DNA of 64,000 bases from Octopus vulgaris (GCA_951406725.2 OX597816.1:39432001-39496000); one strand, 5' to 3'; positions 17,626 through 32,700 are shown, counted from the first letter of the stretch. Numbers and translations: made by a program. Notes: generated by a model from the letters alone, not told the origin.

Positions 17626-20600
17626 CTAGAGAAATAACAATTAAAAACATGTATAACGAAAGTACAGAATTGATGATATGGCAATTATAAAGATTACTAA
17701 CAAGAAAGGTCTCTAATTATAGTGGATTTATTTAATGGCTTAGTGTGTGTGTATGTATGTATATATATACCAGAGTAAACACATAAATATGAAACAAGGT
17801 GGAAAAAAGAGTACTCAAATACCAGTGGTAGAGTAATATGCTTTATTTAAAGCACCAGAAAATTCAACAAAACCTGTTACTCTGAGTTTCACGCCCCCGT
17901 TTGTCGGACAGTTTTTGCTAGAATAACAAAAACTGTCCGACGAACGGGAACGTGAAACTCAGAGTAACAGGTTTTGTTGAATTTTCTGCTGTTTTAAATA
18001 AAGTATATATATATATATATTGTCAAGCTTATCTTTGAGTCTCAATACGCAGTTACTCTTTTCCTTTCTTACTCTCATTGTTCTGTACTGCTAATGTGAC
18101 TAAGGATGATAGATCTCTTTTGTTCACCATACATTGCTTCCAGTGTAACCAGGAATGCCATGATAGATCGGTAGCCACTACACACATTCTTTTTCTCTCG
18201 TTTTTTTTCTGTGTCCCTTTCTGTAGAAGAGCGTAGGTTCGAAACGTAAAAGACTTTTTCAATTCCTGAGCGTTATACTAATACATCTGTTTGTTTTGTA
18301 CACCACCTGTCTTCATCTTTTGTTTATTTTCGTGAACTCTCCCTATATACACACACACACACACGTAAGGATAAGCATATTAAAAGGGGTGCATGGGAAA
18401 ACTGATTTAAATAAATGGGTTGGAAACCATTGTTAGTTAGTTAATTTTTGGGCTCAAACAGCAAAAAGCAAGGCCATGTAGGGGGACATGGAGTTATGTA
18501 CAGGGTGGTGTTTATGTAAAGTGTTCAGGCCACTTGGTTTAACATATGATAGTGGAACATAAACAGGTATCTTGAAGTGGGAAATACATGGTTTCCCCAG
18601 TTGGAAAAGAGAAGATGGTGGTGAAGATGTTATCAGGCCATATCCTCAAGTTAACAGGAAGGTGGATATAAGTGGTATGAAGAAGTAAATTTGCAAGAGT
18701 GTGAAAGGCACATGGCAGATGGACAAAGATGGGGACGGAGGGAAATGTAGCAAGTGGTGAGCAATGAAATTTTGAATACATGTGTGTAATAAAGAGATGT
18801 AACTACTAATATTTGTGAAGCTATGGTATTCTTTTACTTGTTTCAGTCACATTAAACTGCAGCCATGCTGGAGCACTGCCTTGATGGGTTTTTTTTTTTT
18901 AAACAAATCAGCCCCAGGACTTATTTCTTAAGCCTGGTACTTATTCTATTGGTTTCTTTTGCCAAACCACTAGGTTACAGGGACGAATACACACCATTTG
19001 ATGGACACACACACACATACACATGTACATACAACAGCTTCTTTTGGCTTTTGGCTTCTGTCTACCAAATCCACTCACAAGGCAAATGCGAAGCCGTATT
19101 GGCCTTTGCCTTTCCCTTGGATAACATTAGTGGTATGGAGAGGAGAGGCTGGTATGCATGGGTGACTGCTGGTCTTCCATAAACAACCTTGCTCGGACTT
19201 GTGCCTCAGAGGGGAACTTTCTAGGTGCAATTCTATGGACGTTCATGACCAAAGGGGGTCTTTACCCATACCGTCATGCAAGCATGGGAAAACAGATGTC
19301 AAATGATGATGATGACCCTATGCTGGTATTACAGTTTGTTTCTTAACCATACTTTTTCAGGCTCAATCTCACTGCTACAATACCTTGAGCAAGTGTAGTC
19401 CAAGACCAAAGTTTAGTCCAGCTGTGCAAAATGTTTATAAGCTGTGTACATTATATGAAAAAGTGCTGTGCTACAAGTGATGAAAATTAATATTTTCTTG
19501 TCAACATATTACCTTCTGGCTCTGTACTTCTGAAGCTGAGTAGAATAAGAGATTTATTACTTGATAAAACAGTTAAGGGTTTGTGACAGGAAGGGCATCA
19601 AGTTGTAAAGCAACACCTTTGACCTCTGCTTACATGGAAGAAAAGAGACTTAAAAGCAGTGAACAAATGAATGAACAAACACTTGCTCTACAACATAAGT
19701 GAAGAGAAGCAACAAATAAATACCTTATATCGAAGATATTCTGTTAGCATCCAAGAGAAGAGTACCAAAACTGGATAACACAGGAACCAAAGCATGCAAG
19801 ACTAGGAGGAAAAGACAAAAACAAAACATAAATAACATTTTATTCAGTTCTAAAAATTGATGTAGATCTTACACAATCACCCTATTCCTTGACTCATTTG
19901 GCTTAATGTCTATCCAAATATTTGCTAAACCATAAGAAATTACTTTTCTATAATCATTATAACTCCAAGTTTTGTCTTTATTTCATTATTAGAAAACCTC
20001 TCTGTTAAAACATTTCTCTAACTTTTATATTCCTTTCCAGATTAGCTGTGCATATTTAAGCTACTATACCTCACCCATCTAGCATCATACTTCTGTTGTT
20101 GGGTAGAAGGGGCAGATTTTTTTTAAAGCTAACAAATCAAGTGATCCCCTAAATTCATTCAAATTATCAGTACTTCCAGAATGTGGATTAAAACAATGAA
20201 TTGAAATAATAGTATGACAGAGACACAAGGTTTCACAATTTGCAAGAGAGAAATAGTTGATTATATTGCATCTAGTATTTAACTGGTACTTAATTTTATC
20301 AGTCTGAGAAAAATGAAAGGCAGAGTTGACTGTGACAAGATGTGAAACAATTGGGAAGGAGGGAAGAATATATCCCTTAAATTGGAGACCTGGCAACTGA
20401 GTGGATGCTACCAAAGACAACTAAAGTGCCCAGTGGTGATCAGGTTAAATCAGGCAACAAATTAAGCCTATCCCTCATGTAGGCCATGCCAGGATTTGAA
20501 CTCAGAACAGAAAGACTCAAGGACAAATACCGTATAGGCGCAGGAGTGGCTGTGTGGTAAGTAGCTTGCTTACCAACCACATGGTTCCGGGTTCAGTCCC

Positions 20601-20698
20601 ACTGCGTGGCATCTTGGGCAAGTGTCTTCTGCTATAGCCCCGGGCCGACCAATGCCTTGTGAGTGGATTTGGTAGATGGAAACTGAAAGAAGCCTGTC

Positions 20699-20741
<43 letters not shown>

Positions 20742-23700
20742 TGTGTGTCTGTGTTTGTCCCCCTAGCATTGCTTGACAACCGATGCTGGTGTGTTTACGT
20801 CCCCGTCACTTAGCGGTTCGGCAAAAGAGACCGATAGAATAAGTACTGGGCTTACAAAGAATAAGTCCCGGGGTCGATTTGCCCGACTAAAGGCGGTGCT
20901 CCAGCATGGCCGCAGTCAAATGACTGAAACAAGTAAGAGTAAGAGTAAAGAGTATGGTATTCAGTCTGATCTTACAGTTCTGCCAATCTATAACACTAGA
21001 ATGATATTTTTATTACTGACTCTGACACGATGGGATTTGAACTTAAAGGGAAGGGAATTGAAATGAATACTGCAAGGCATTCTACCCTGCACTCTAACAA
21101 TACTACCCACTGGCCACCTGCTTAAGTTACTATGACATACCTATTTATTTTCATGTTTTTTATCTTTCATTTACTAGTTTCAGTCATTGGATTGTGCCCA
21201 TGCTGGGGCACTGCCTTGAATTGATCTCAAGTACTTATTCTGCTATTCTCTTTCTGCCAAACTGCTAGGTTACAAGAATGTAAACAAACCAACATCACTT
21301 AACACACAGATACACATATGTATATATGCATATATATGATGGGCTCTCTTGTCGAAAATGATGTATGCACATTCAGCTTTTTGCTGAATTACCTGCACAA
21401 ATGATACGTTTATAGTGATTAAATGTTCATGCTGCGCATTAGCTCCCTCACTCCATCAAATCGACATTGTCTGAATAGGTGCACCATGAAACAAGGTGTT
21501 TTGCTCAAGAACACAATGCACCATCCAATCTAGGAATTGAAATCATGATCTAGGGATCATGAGAGCCCTAACCACTAGAGCATGCGCCCTCACATTATAC
21601 TTCTGTGTGTGTAAATATATACATGATAGATCGTTAGCCACTACACGCATTCTTTTCTCTCCTTGTTTTTTTCTGTGTATCTTTCTGTCAAAGAGCGTAG
21701 GCTCGAAACGTAAAAGACTTTTTCTATTCCTGAGCGCTATACTAATACATTTGTTTGTTTGTACTCCACCTGCCTTCGTCTTTTGTTTATTTTTGTACAC
21801 TTTCCCTTTATATATATAAGTGGTTTTAGAGACAGAACCACCTTCAACACAATCAACACTGAAATATCTTATACCTGACCACTCTATAAAATGTTAAATA
21901 TTAAATCTTATACTAACTATATCTATTCTGAATCCTGTATTTTCCGTTTATAAAGACTACAAGTGTTTCATGAAAGTACATCGGTATTGATTAGATATGA
22001 GGTATCTAGTTTCAAACTTACTCGGGTTGACATATTCCCAATCTTCAGGTCTGGATTCCTCAACATTTTTCACTACCCCTACCTCTTATATACCTCCATG
22101 ATACTCTATATCTTCAATATAATCTTACTTAACATGTACAAATGAATAGAAATACAAATGATTATTGAATATACACACACACACACATATATATTTACAC
22201 ATGACAAGTTTCTTTCAGTTTCTGTCTACGAAATCCACTCACAAGACTCTGTTCATCATGTACAAGTGCATGTTTATTCCTCATTATTTCATTTGATTTA
22301 TTCATTTTTAGGAAAATTGAAGCATGCTTTGACAAACCTGGAGCCTATTGAACTTAATTTGTGTGTGACTTTTGGACAACCCTGTATATTTGTCATGTCA
22401 TATTCTTAATAATAATACTAAAGCTTGTACTTACTTTGGTGAATGTTGCATAAAACTCTCTTTTTAAAGCACTTCTTTCTGATTTGACAGTAGCACGGAG
22501 ATTCCAAGCAAATATGGCTGCCAGCAAAATACGAAGAAATACAAGTCCGATACCTGCATTTGTACGATGGGCGTAGTACATTCGGTGCTCCTTATCTAAG
22601 TATTGCTCCCAGATATATAATATTGACTAGAGATACAAAAGAAAAAAAAAATACACATTACAGCAAAATTACTTCTTTTTCAGAAAATAATGAAAAGCTA
22701 AAAGATATTAATGATGGAATGAAAGGGGAGAATTTTTAACGAAGACTCAAGCTCACTAGTAGCAGCTAATATATATATTACTGCACATTAACCCGGAGTT
22801 TCTACCTTTGAATAGGTCGCTACATCCTTGTTACTTGCGTGAATTTTGCTACCCTGGTAACTGATTATTGAATTTTCCGTGTTAACGGTAAACAAAGGGT
22901 AAGTCATTCATCCATTTATATATATATATATACACACACACACGTGTATACACACACACACACATATGTATATATATATATATACATACACATATATTGG
23001 ACATATTTACAAAGTCAGAAAACAGCACAGCTCCCATGACTTTAGGAAACATTTTTTTCACGCTGAGAGTTGCTGAAGCATGGAACAAACTGCCAGCATC
23101 AGTTGTTAGTTTATCGGAGCACTGCATCCTTCAAAACTTCCATGCTTTCTGAGACTCGCCAACACTATACCTGATTTTCTCCCCTCCATACACACACAAA
23201 AGCATGTATTTGACTCATACATTGTTCGCTTTCCAGACATTTGTACATTACTGCATATACTCTATACGCACTTTCTGACAAGTTGTGGTGCACCTGAGCA
23301 CTGTATACAATAATTTCATTATTATTATTATATAATATTTGAGTAAAAACTTTGTGGGATGCTGTGTATAGCTTGTCCACAATTTTTGGTGACTTGATGC
23401 CATTAACTGTAAAAATGCACATGCTACTGGATTTACTTCAAGAATTCCTTGGTGTCCATAGAGTTTATATAAATATTCAGAAAATGGAATTTGTCAGATT
23501 TTTTACTAAAATCCACTACAATTGTTTCAACTCGTTCTGCACCTGTAGCTCATAGGTGAGATGCCGCAATCATTTTGCATCGCAGGTGTAGAATGCATCT
23601 TCTCAGGTGAATTTTTAAACAAACACCTTGCTATTTCTCCACACTATTTTACTTAGCCATATGAAAATGTATATCTGGGTAGTTGCTGCATTCTAGCAGT

Positions 23701-26700
23701 TCTCAGGAGAAACTGAGAGATAGGATACACTTACGGTCCAAAAATAATGAATAAAAGCATAAAACATACAAGATCAAAATAAAACTGAACATACATAGAT
23801 AGGACATACATGCAATCAAAACAAAGATATAAACAAATAAGTAGACATAAAAAAAGATGTATCAAACAAACATCTTTACGTAGAGGCTATCTTTGCAATG
23901 ATATCACTTTGTAGTTTTTTAGCCCTAGGTCAGCCATGGTTGAGTAGACCTATGTTCAAAGCTGTCCCAGCTATGACCAGGAGTGGCTGTGTGGTAAGTA
24001 GCTTGCTTACCAACCACATGGTTCCGGGTTCAGTCCCACTGCGTGGCACCTTGGGCAAGTGTCTTCTAACATAGCCTCAGGCCGACCAAAGCCTTGTGAG
24101 TGGATTTGGTAGACGGAAACTGAAAGAAGCCTGTCATATATATGTATGTGTGTGTGTTTGTGTGTCTGTGTTTGTTCCCCCAATATCACTTGACAACCGA
24201 TGCTGGTGTGTTTACGTCCCCGTCACTTAGCGTTTCGGCAAAAGATACCGATAGAATAAGTACTAGGCTTACAAAGAATAAGTCCAGGGTCAATTTGCTC
24301 GACTAAAGGCGGTGCTCCAGCATGGCCGCAGTCAAATGACTGAAACAAGTAAAAGAGTAAATACAGTGTATACCTGACACTACACTTTTTTTGTTAGGAT
24401 GGCTGAAAAATACTGAAGAACATTTCTTTCAGCACTCAAATGGATTGTATTGTTAATATTGGAACTGATACAAGCATAAAGTTAGTTTAGGTTTATAGGA
24501 CTTTATGACACAGTGCTAGCCCTGTAGCTTAAGTTTATTGTATTTAATTCTTTATTGCCCACAAGGGGCTAAACATAGAGGGGACAAACAACGACAGACA
24601 AAGGGACTAAGTCGATTACATCGACCCCAGTGTGTAATTGGTACTTATTTAATCAACCCCGAAAGGATGAAAGGCAAAGTCGACCTCAGCGGAATTTGAA
24701 CTCAGAATGTAGTGGCAGGTAAAATACCTATTTCTTTATTACCCACAAGGGGCTAAACATAGAGGGGGAAAACAAGGGCAAGACATAGGTATTACGTCGA
24801 TTACATCGACCTCAGTGCGTAACTGGTACTTAATTTATCGACCCCGAAAGGATGAAAGGCAAAGTCGACCTCGGTGGAATTTGAACTCACAATGTAACGG
24901 CAGACGAAATACGGCTACGCATTTCGCCTGGCATGCTAACGATTTTACCAGCTCACCGGTTAAGTTTATTGTATTGTGACACAAAACTAAGTAGAATAGT
25001 AATAAACTAATGACTGACATATTAAAGTCACTGTCTGAAACTATTAAATGGCCAGGCTAGTAAATCCCAAATTAGTGGGATTCAACCCATAAATGTAATG
25101 AAGTTAATAACTTGTGACAGAGTGTCTTAAGAGAAAAATGGGGTATAAAGGGCCTCAGAGGCAGTGTGCAAGAGAGAAGAGCGTACATTTGATACATATA
25201 GATGAGGACAGCTGTATAAAGAAGTGTTGATCTCTAACTGCGGAGAAAATCTGTGGAAGAGGTAGACCCAGGAAGACAGGTGGTGAAACAGGATCTTTGG
25301 ATTTTGGGTATCACAGAGGTGACAGAGTGTAAGTGTCTTAAGAGAAAAATGGGGTATAAAAGGCCTCAGAGGCAGTGTGCAAGAGAGAAGAGTGTACATT
25401 TGATACATATAGATGAGGACAGCTGTATAAAGAAGTGTCGATCTCTAACTGCGGAGAAAATCTGTGGAAGAGGTAGACCCAGGAAGACAGGTGGTGAAAC
25501 ATGATCTTTGGATTTTGGGTATCACAGAGGTGACGACAGGTGACAGAGACTTTGGTGATTTGCTGTACTTGAGAGAAGACACGTCAAACTAAGTGAAATC
25601 ATATTTGTGGTCAGTGCTGGTGACACATAAACGGCAACTGGTACACTGTGGTGTGGTTGGCATTAAGAAGGCCTCCAGCCATAGAACCCAAACCAATACA
25701 GATTGGAGACTTGTGCAGCTCTCCGGCTCACCAGTTCCAGTTAAACTGTCTAACCCATGCCAGCTTGGAAAATGGATGCTAAATGATGATGACAGCTCCA
25801 GAAGTAAGCTCACTTGCTTTGTGGAGACATTCTTGTTTTAATGGCAAACAACAGCTGATGGGAATAAAGGCTCAGACTTTTTTTTTATAAAATTAAAAAT
25901 AATTTACCTGAAGAACACAAAGGAGACCAACAAACTTGGCAGCAGGTTTCTTTTTAATGGTTTCAATTGGTGAGGATTTATAAGGGCTGGTTAAGGTCCA
26001 ACCAAGGGAAAGGCAAAGGAGCATATAAAGCATGGTGAATTGGGATATCACATCGACAACTAAAAAAATAAAAATAAAAAATATTTGAATTACACCTTCA
26101 ACTGTTTCATCTTTGAATAAACATTTACTGAATTTTTAAGCACTTTGTTAACTTTTTAAATTCAATCTATACAAACAGAAGCTTATTTCTCTAAGGTTCC
26201 CTATTTTTCACAATTGTTCCGTGCAGTGTATAGAGTTTTGATAATATTTTTATCACACACAAATTCAGTGAAAATGTTATATTATACAAATTAAAAATAC
26301 TATATTAAGTGAATAATGCAAATAATCTTCATCATCCGCTCGTGTCCGTTGCCAGCCTCGCCTGGCCCCCGTGCCGGTGGCACGTAAAAGCACCATCCGT
26401 TCGTGGCCGTTTGCCAGCTCTGTCTGGCACCTGTGCAGGTGGCACGTAAAAAGCACCCACTACACTCACGGAGTGGTTGGCGTTAGGAAGGGGATCCAGC
26501 CGTAGAAACACTGCCAGATCTGACTGGGCCTGATGAAGCCTTCCGGCTTCACAGACCCCAGTTGAACCGTCCAACCCATGCTAGCATGGAAAACGGACGC
26601 TAAATGATGATGATGATTAAAAAAAAAATTTAAGCTCAAAGACTTTTTTTTTAACAATATATTAAAAAATTTTTTATAGGTATCTACAGAAAGATGATAG

Positions 26701-29700
26701 CTATAAAGATTCAATAGAATTTCAAAGAATGAAAAAGACTATTTAAATAAATATTGGGAGTACAAAAATATAGAAGTTGAATAAGCAGGGATTAAACAAT
26801 ATAGAACGTAAAACCTAAAATAACTAATAACTACTGATTATAGAAATTTACAGAAAATGGAAATGTAATGAATATCAATAAGATGATAAAATGAAGGAGG
26901 AAAAGAGTATTAGAAAACAAAAAAAAATATTGAAGCTGCCAAAAATGCAATGGTTCAAACCCATACAAGTTAACAGGAAAATATTTATGATCATGAAGTT
27001 GAACTAAAATTGAATAATTTTAGAATTACGAAGGATTTAAACTCATAAACCATGTATATTTCTTGGTTGTGGCATACAATCAAAGAATATGTAGATAAAT
27101 AATTTTGTGGCTAGAACATTTGAGAAATAAATGGGGCAAATTGTGTTTTACAAGAGGTAGTTGTATAAATAATAATAATAATAATTGTGTACAGTGCTCA
27201 GGTGCACTACAACTCATCTAAAGTGTATATATAATCAGGTGTAGTTTCGGCGGATTTCGGAAAGCATGAGGGCCTTAAAGGATGCAGTGTCATGGCAGTC
27301 AACAACTGATGCAGGCAGTTTATTCCATGCTTCAGCAACTCTGAGCGTGAAAAAATGTTTCTGAAAGTCATGGGAGCTGTGTTGTTTTCTGACTTTGTAG
27401 GCATGTCCACGTGTGTTAGACACATGGAGATCAAAAAGGTGTTCAGTGTTGTTGTTGGTGAGGTGGTTGATAACTTTGTGGGTGTTTATGGCGAGACATT
27501 TAAACCACATTGAAAGTTACGATCATGTAAATGTCCATGATCAGATATACAGTAAGATGTTTGTATATCAAAGTTGTGTGGTGAGTTGAGGTCACCTTCT
27601 CTGTCAAATATAGTGTTCATTTGTTTACATTGTTTTGAATTAATCATGCATCATCTTGTAGGCTCGAGATTTTTATAGTACGATTGTTTATTTTTAGATT
27701 AACATTGTAGGGTAGGTATGAGAAGCCAAATGTGTCCAGTTTGAACATAAAACATAATATTTGGGCTGGATATGGCCGGTTTAAATGCTAAAGGGTTCAA
27801 GTTATGGTCAAAGAGCTAGATCTATGAACATGTGGTTAGACTATCACAAGAAAGAATCTTGAAACGGACCCTTCAAGCCAAGCTAAGCAGCAAGAAGCCT
27901 ATGAAAAGGACCATGAATGAGATGGTTGGATAATATCCAGTCTCAGTTGGTCACACATAAGAATCCAGTCAAAAAGTTAAATGACAGTTGCTTCTGATAG
28001 GACCCTATGGAGGAGGTACCCAAGGACTCTACCCTCATAACCCATTATAGGATTATTCTCTTGTGGATGAACAAGGCATTACAAATTCAGTTGGACTCAT
28101 GAAGAGAGATGGTGACATGGATATAAAATGTGTTTTTGGACTGGTCTTCATGTTCAGAAGTGATGTTGACAGCATATTGAGTGTTATGTTTATCGCTACT
28201 TCAACATGACTGTTCTACAGGAATCACAGTTACTATCGTTTTTAACCCCAAGAGGAGAAGCCTCCTCCAGCTGGTTATTGATGCAATCAGCACCCGATAT
28301 ATGTTGCAAGCAGGGGATTGAACCCGTACCGCTGTCATCATGAGAAGATGGTAGGGGTTCGCTCCCCTGCTTGCATGTGTGTATATATATACTCTTTTAC
28401 TTGTTTCAGTCATTTGACTGCGGCCATGCTGGAGCACCGCCTTTAGTTGAGCAAATCGACCCCGGGACTTATCATTTGTAAGCCCAGTACTTATTCTATT
28501 GGTCACTTTTGCCGAACCGCTAAGTGACGGGGATGTAAAGGGGTGCAGATTGCATCAATAGCCAGCTGGAGGAGGTTCCTCCTGGGGTTAAAAACAGTAG
28601 TAACGTTAGTTCCTACAGAACAACCAAGTTGAAGTGTGGCAATAAACATTACTTCTCGGTACTTTCATCTCTTATAGAATTTTTTAAACTAGCGACTTTG
28701 ATTGTTATTTTCTCCAAATATCATCAGGTGGTATCTCTGAGCTAGTTTAGGAACTGAACCAGGAATATTAATTTTATTAACATGTCTGAAGTTTTAACTA
28801 CTGGCCTATTGTTCCAAAGGATATAATGATAATGTCTAGTAACTAAAGTATAATGGACCAAATATCAGAAACAGGTGCTTAATATATCAGAAACAGGTGG
28901 AGTATTTTCTCACCAAATTACACTCTTCTACTCCATATTACTGTATACCTTTGAGATAGCCTGCTTGCTGTTACGAAAACCTGGATAACAAGTTTCCTGA
29001 GCAACAGATAAGTCATAGAGGTGATACTTTGGTGTCACTTTGGCATGTGATCTACAAGGGAGATTATTGTTAAAACATACTTAGGGATCTTTACCTTTTG
29101 ACCGACAGATTTAAAAAATAATTTTCTGTAACTAAACACATTTAAACTTCGGACACTGGTAGAATGTGTCATAAAACATCTTTTATTCTTAGCATTTTTG
29201 AGAAAAACTTATATTTACGAAGTTATTTCACATTAAAGTTGTCCTATTTTGGTAATTTCAACCAATCAATGACATGTATTCAACTGAATAAAATTACTGC
29301 TGTTGTTTGTCAACAACTATTGGCCGTATATTTTTCGTTCGTCACTGTTATTTATGACATCGTTTGTGCGTTTGTACTGGTTTTAAGGTTTTAGGGTTAG
29401 GGTTGTCATAAATAACAGTGACAAACGAAATATACACTGCTGGAAGTTCTTGTTGACAAACAATAGCAGTAATTTTATTCAGCTGAATACACATCATTGA
29501 TTGGTTGAAATTACCGATATAGGACAACTTTAACGTGAAATAACTTCATAAATATAAGTTTTTCTCAAAACTGCTAAGAGTAAAAGATGTTTTATATGAC
29601 ATATTCTACCAGTGTCCGAAGTTTGAAAGTGTTTAGTTACCAAAAATCATTTTTTAAATCTGTCGGTCAAAAGGTAAAGATCCATACTTAGCATTGTAAA

Positions 29701-32700
29701 TGTATTTTCTCAAAATTCTTACTATTTTAATAAGAAAACCACGTTTCATTCATGTTTTAGTAAATAGTAATAGGAGACCAAGAATGAACAATATAATAAT
29801 TAAAATAAGCACGTAGATCACCCAACAAAGTAAATTTGCTCAAATAGATCACATGGCAAAGTAGCACTGACACAAAATAAACTAAAAAGTAACTTAAAAG
29901 TAATCTCTCTTTAAATTGTAGATCACATGCCAAAGTGGCACCTTTGTGATTTAAAACAGCAAATTTTATCTTTGAAGTTTAACAATACAAAAAAACCTAA
30001 AAGAAATTGAGTAGGACTTCGTAAAACAGATTTGTTTTAAAGAACATAGAAATAATAAGAGATGCTATTTATTTCAAGCATTTAAACTAAATTTATTTTG
30101 TAGTGTTAGTCATTTATTTTAGGTTTACTTTTCCATGCTAGCATGGGTTAGACAAAAGCGTCTTATCAAGACATTGTTTTATGGCAGATACTCTTCCTGT
30201 TGCTAACCGTTACTTGTTTTGCAAACAAAGGAATTTTCATTTCACTTGCCTTTGAAAGTGCAGAGCCACTTAAGGAATTATTGACAAGAATATGCAACAA
30301 ACACAAGCATGTGATCATACACACACGATGGATTTTTGTGTAGTTTTTGCCTACCAAACTAACTGACAAAGTATTGATCAGCCATGGGCTATAAAACAAC
30401 TTCCCAAGGTGCCACACAGAGGTACTTTGGGTAAGTATATACAATTATCATATATTTTATTATAAGGTGGCGAGCTGGCAGAAACGTTAGCACGCTGGGC
30501 GAAATGCATAGCCGTATTTCGTCTGCCGTTACGTTCTGAGTTCAAATTCCGCCGAGGTCGACTTTGCCTTTCATCCTTTTGGGGTCGATAAATTAAGTAC
30601 CAGTTACGCACTGGGGTCGATATAATCAACTTAATCCGTTTGTCTGTCCTTGTTTATCCCCTCTGTGTTTAGCCCCTTGTGGGTAGTAAAGAAATATATA
30701 TTTTATAATAAAAAAGAAAATCTTGTCTTTGAACTTTAAAATGAAATTATTACTGAAATCTACTTCATTAAAGAATGAACCCCCCCCCCCAAAAAAAAAA
30801 AAACAACAAACAAAAACAAACAAAAAAAATACAGTCTGACCATGGCAAAATTTTAAAATGGGAAGTTTGAATCATTGACAATATTTTGTCTTTTAGTGTC
30901 TATGTTAATTTTGTAAACTAAATGCAATTCAAAACACAATGTCATTCTCATTTATGTTTTTATAGAAGCCATATAGAAAATACCAGTCTATATACTCTAC
31001 TGATACTTTGTTTTTGATTCATGCTAGTTATTAAAATAAGACAATTGTGGCTGGTGCCCCACTATCAGGAGTTCAAAACTAGATAGCATATTGTACTTAG
31101 AACATCTTGTATTGTTTGTGTTAAGCGCTGTATTCTTTAATGGAGTAAGACATTAACTGTATAACACGTGGTATAATGTTTAATCCAACTCCACTATATA
31201 AAAAAAAGGTATTTTTTAAAAATACAGTTGAGTGGGAATTTATAGAGTAGTCAGCTATGAAAATAGTGAGTAATAATATAAGGTAAAAAAAATCAAAACA
31301 AAAATATTTACATTCAGCCAGCAATTCACAGAAAGGGAAGCCAAAACCATCTTTAGCATACCTACAGAAGGAAAATAATGTGTGAGCAACTAGAACATTT
31401 GCTTGAAGGGAGAGGGAGGAAGAGAGAGTATATTAGTAGTCAGATACTATTAACCTATATCAACCAATTAGTTAGTCAGTCAAATATTCAGATATTATGC
31501 AAAAAACAAAAAGTTAAAAGAAACAACAAAAAACAATACATAAACAGTGTATGTGTGTGTGCATTTACACATATTTACTTCACTAAAACCTTCACTCCTC
31601 AAGCTCTCTCTATCTCTCTACACACACAGACATGCACTCCAACTTAAGGAGATGAGTGAAAGTGTGTCCCATTCTTAAGATAACCTCTCTAACACTGCCA
31701 CTCCACCCATCTAACACCCGTGGACATATTTACAAAGTAAGAAAACAGCACAGCTCCTATGACTTCAGGAAACATTTTTTCACGCTGAGAGTTGCTGAAG
31801 CATAGAACAAACTGCCGGCATCGGTTGTTAGTTGTCGGAGCACTGCATCCTTCAAAACTTCCATGCTTCCTGAGATTCGCCAACACTACACTTGATTTTC
31901 TCCCCTCCATACACACAGAAGCATGTATCTGACTCATACATTGTTCGCTTTCCAGACATTTCTACATTACTGCATGTACTTTATATGCACTTTCTGACAA
32001 GTTGTGGTGCACCTGAGCACTGTATACAATAATTTCATTATTATCATTATTATTATTGATCTATTGCTCTCACTTCCAACATATCCAAGGTGGAAGAAAC
32101 AGTTGTAAAAAGCAGGACCTTCTTTATCACCTTGAGTCTCTCTCCCTCTCAAGTGACAAGTATGGTCTTTACAGAGCCAGATCTAATAGAGATCTGCTTT
32201 TCTGCATCACACTTTTGTCTCTGGGAATGTTGTACTCGATTAAACATAGTCTTTGACTATGTTTTGCATGAGAAACTCCTAAGCTGCTCACTTTTGAGTA
32301 TCTTAAAACTCTTGAAGTGTAAAGTTTCTGATCAAACTGACCATAGTCTGCACTGGCAGAATTTTCTCTCTTATATTTTATAAATTCTGGGATGCCTTAC
32401 AATTTGTTTATGCCTTCTACATTCTTCCTTTACTGTGAGCTGGCAGAAACGTTAGCACACCAGGCAAAATGCTTAGCGGCATTTCGTCTGTCTTTATTTT
32501 CTGAGTTCAAATTACACTGAGGTCGATTTTGCCTTTCATCCTTTCGGGGTCAATAAATTAAGTACAAGTTGCATACTGGGGTTGATCTAATCAACTAGCC
32601 CCATCCCCCAAAATTTCAGGCCTTGTGCCCAGAGTAGAAAAAATTCTTTTACTACATTAGCAATAATTATTTTTGCTGTTACTTATTACATAAACTACAG

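Noticed and set aside
20570-21066. Recurrent short ORFs (..YQIHSQG..EDTCPRCH.., MGWTVQLGS.., RQSRPRRNLNSER..) resembling a gene family
   Set aside because: Chance frames through SINE/LINE-tail copies with inconsistent starts and stops
26001-26020. CCTTTGCCTTTCCCTTGG in GPR180 exon 6 matches SINE family E
   Set aside because: Short match inside a conserved transmembrane segment (LCLSLGW); coincidence is more likely than exonisation
29389-29404. Interstitial telomere
   Set aside because: Only about two TTAGGG units, inside a MITE loop
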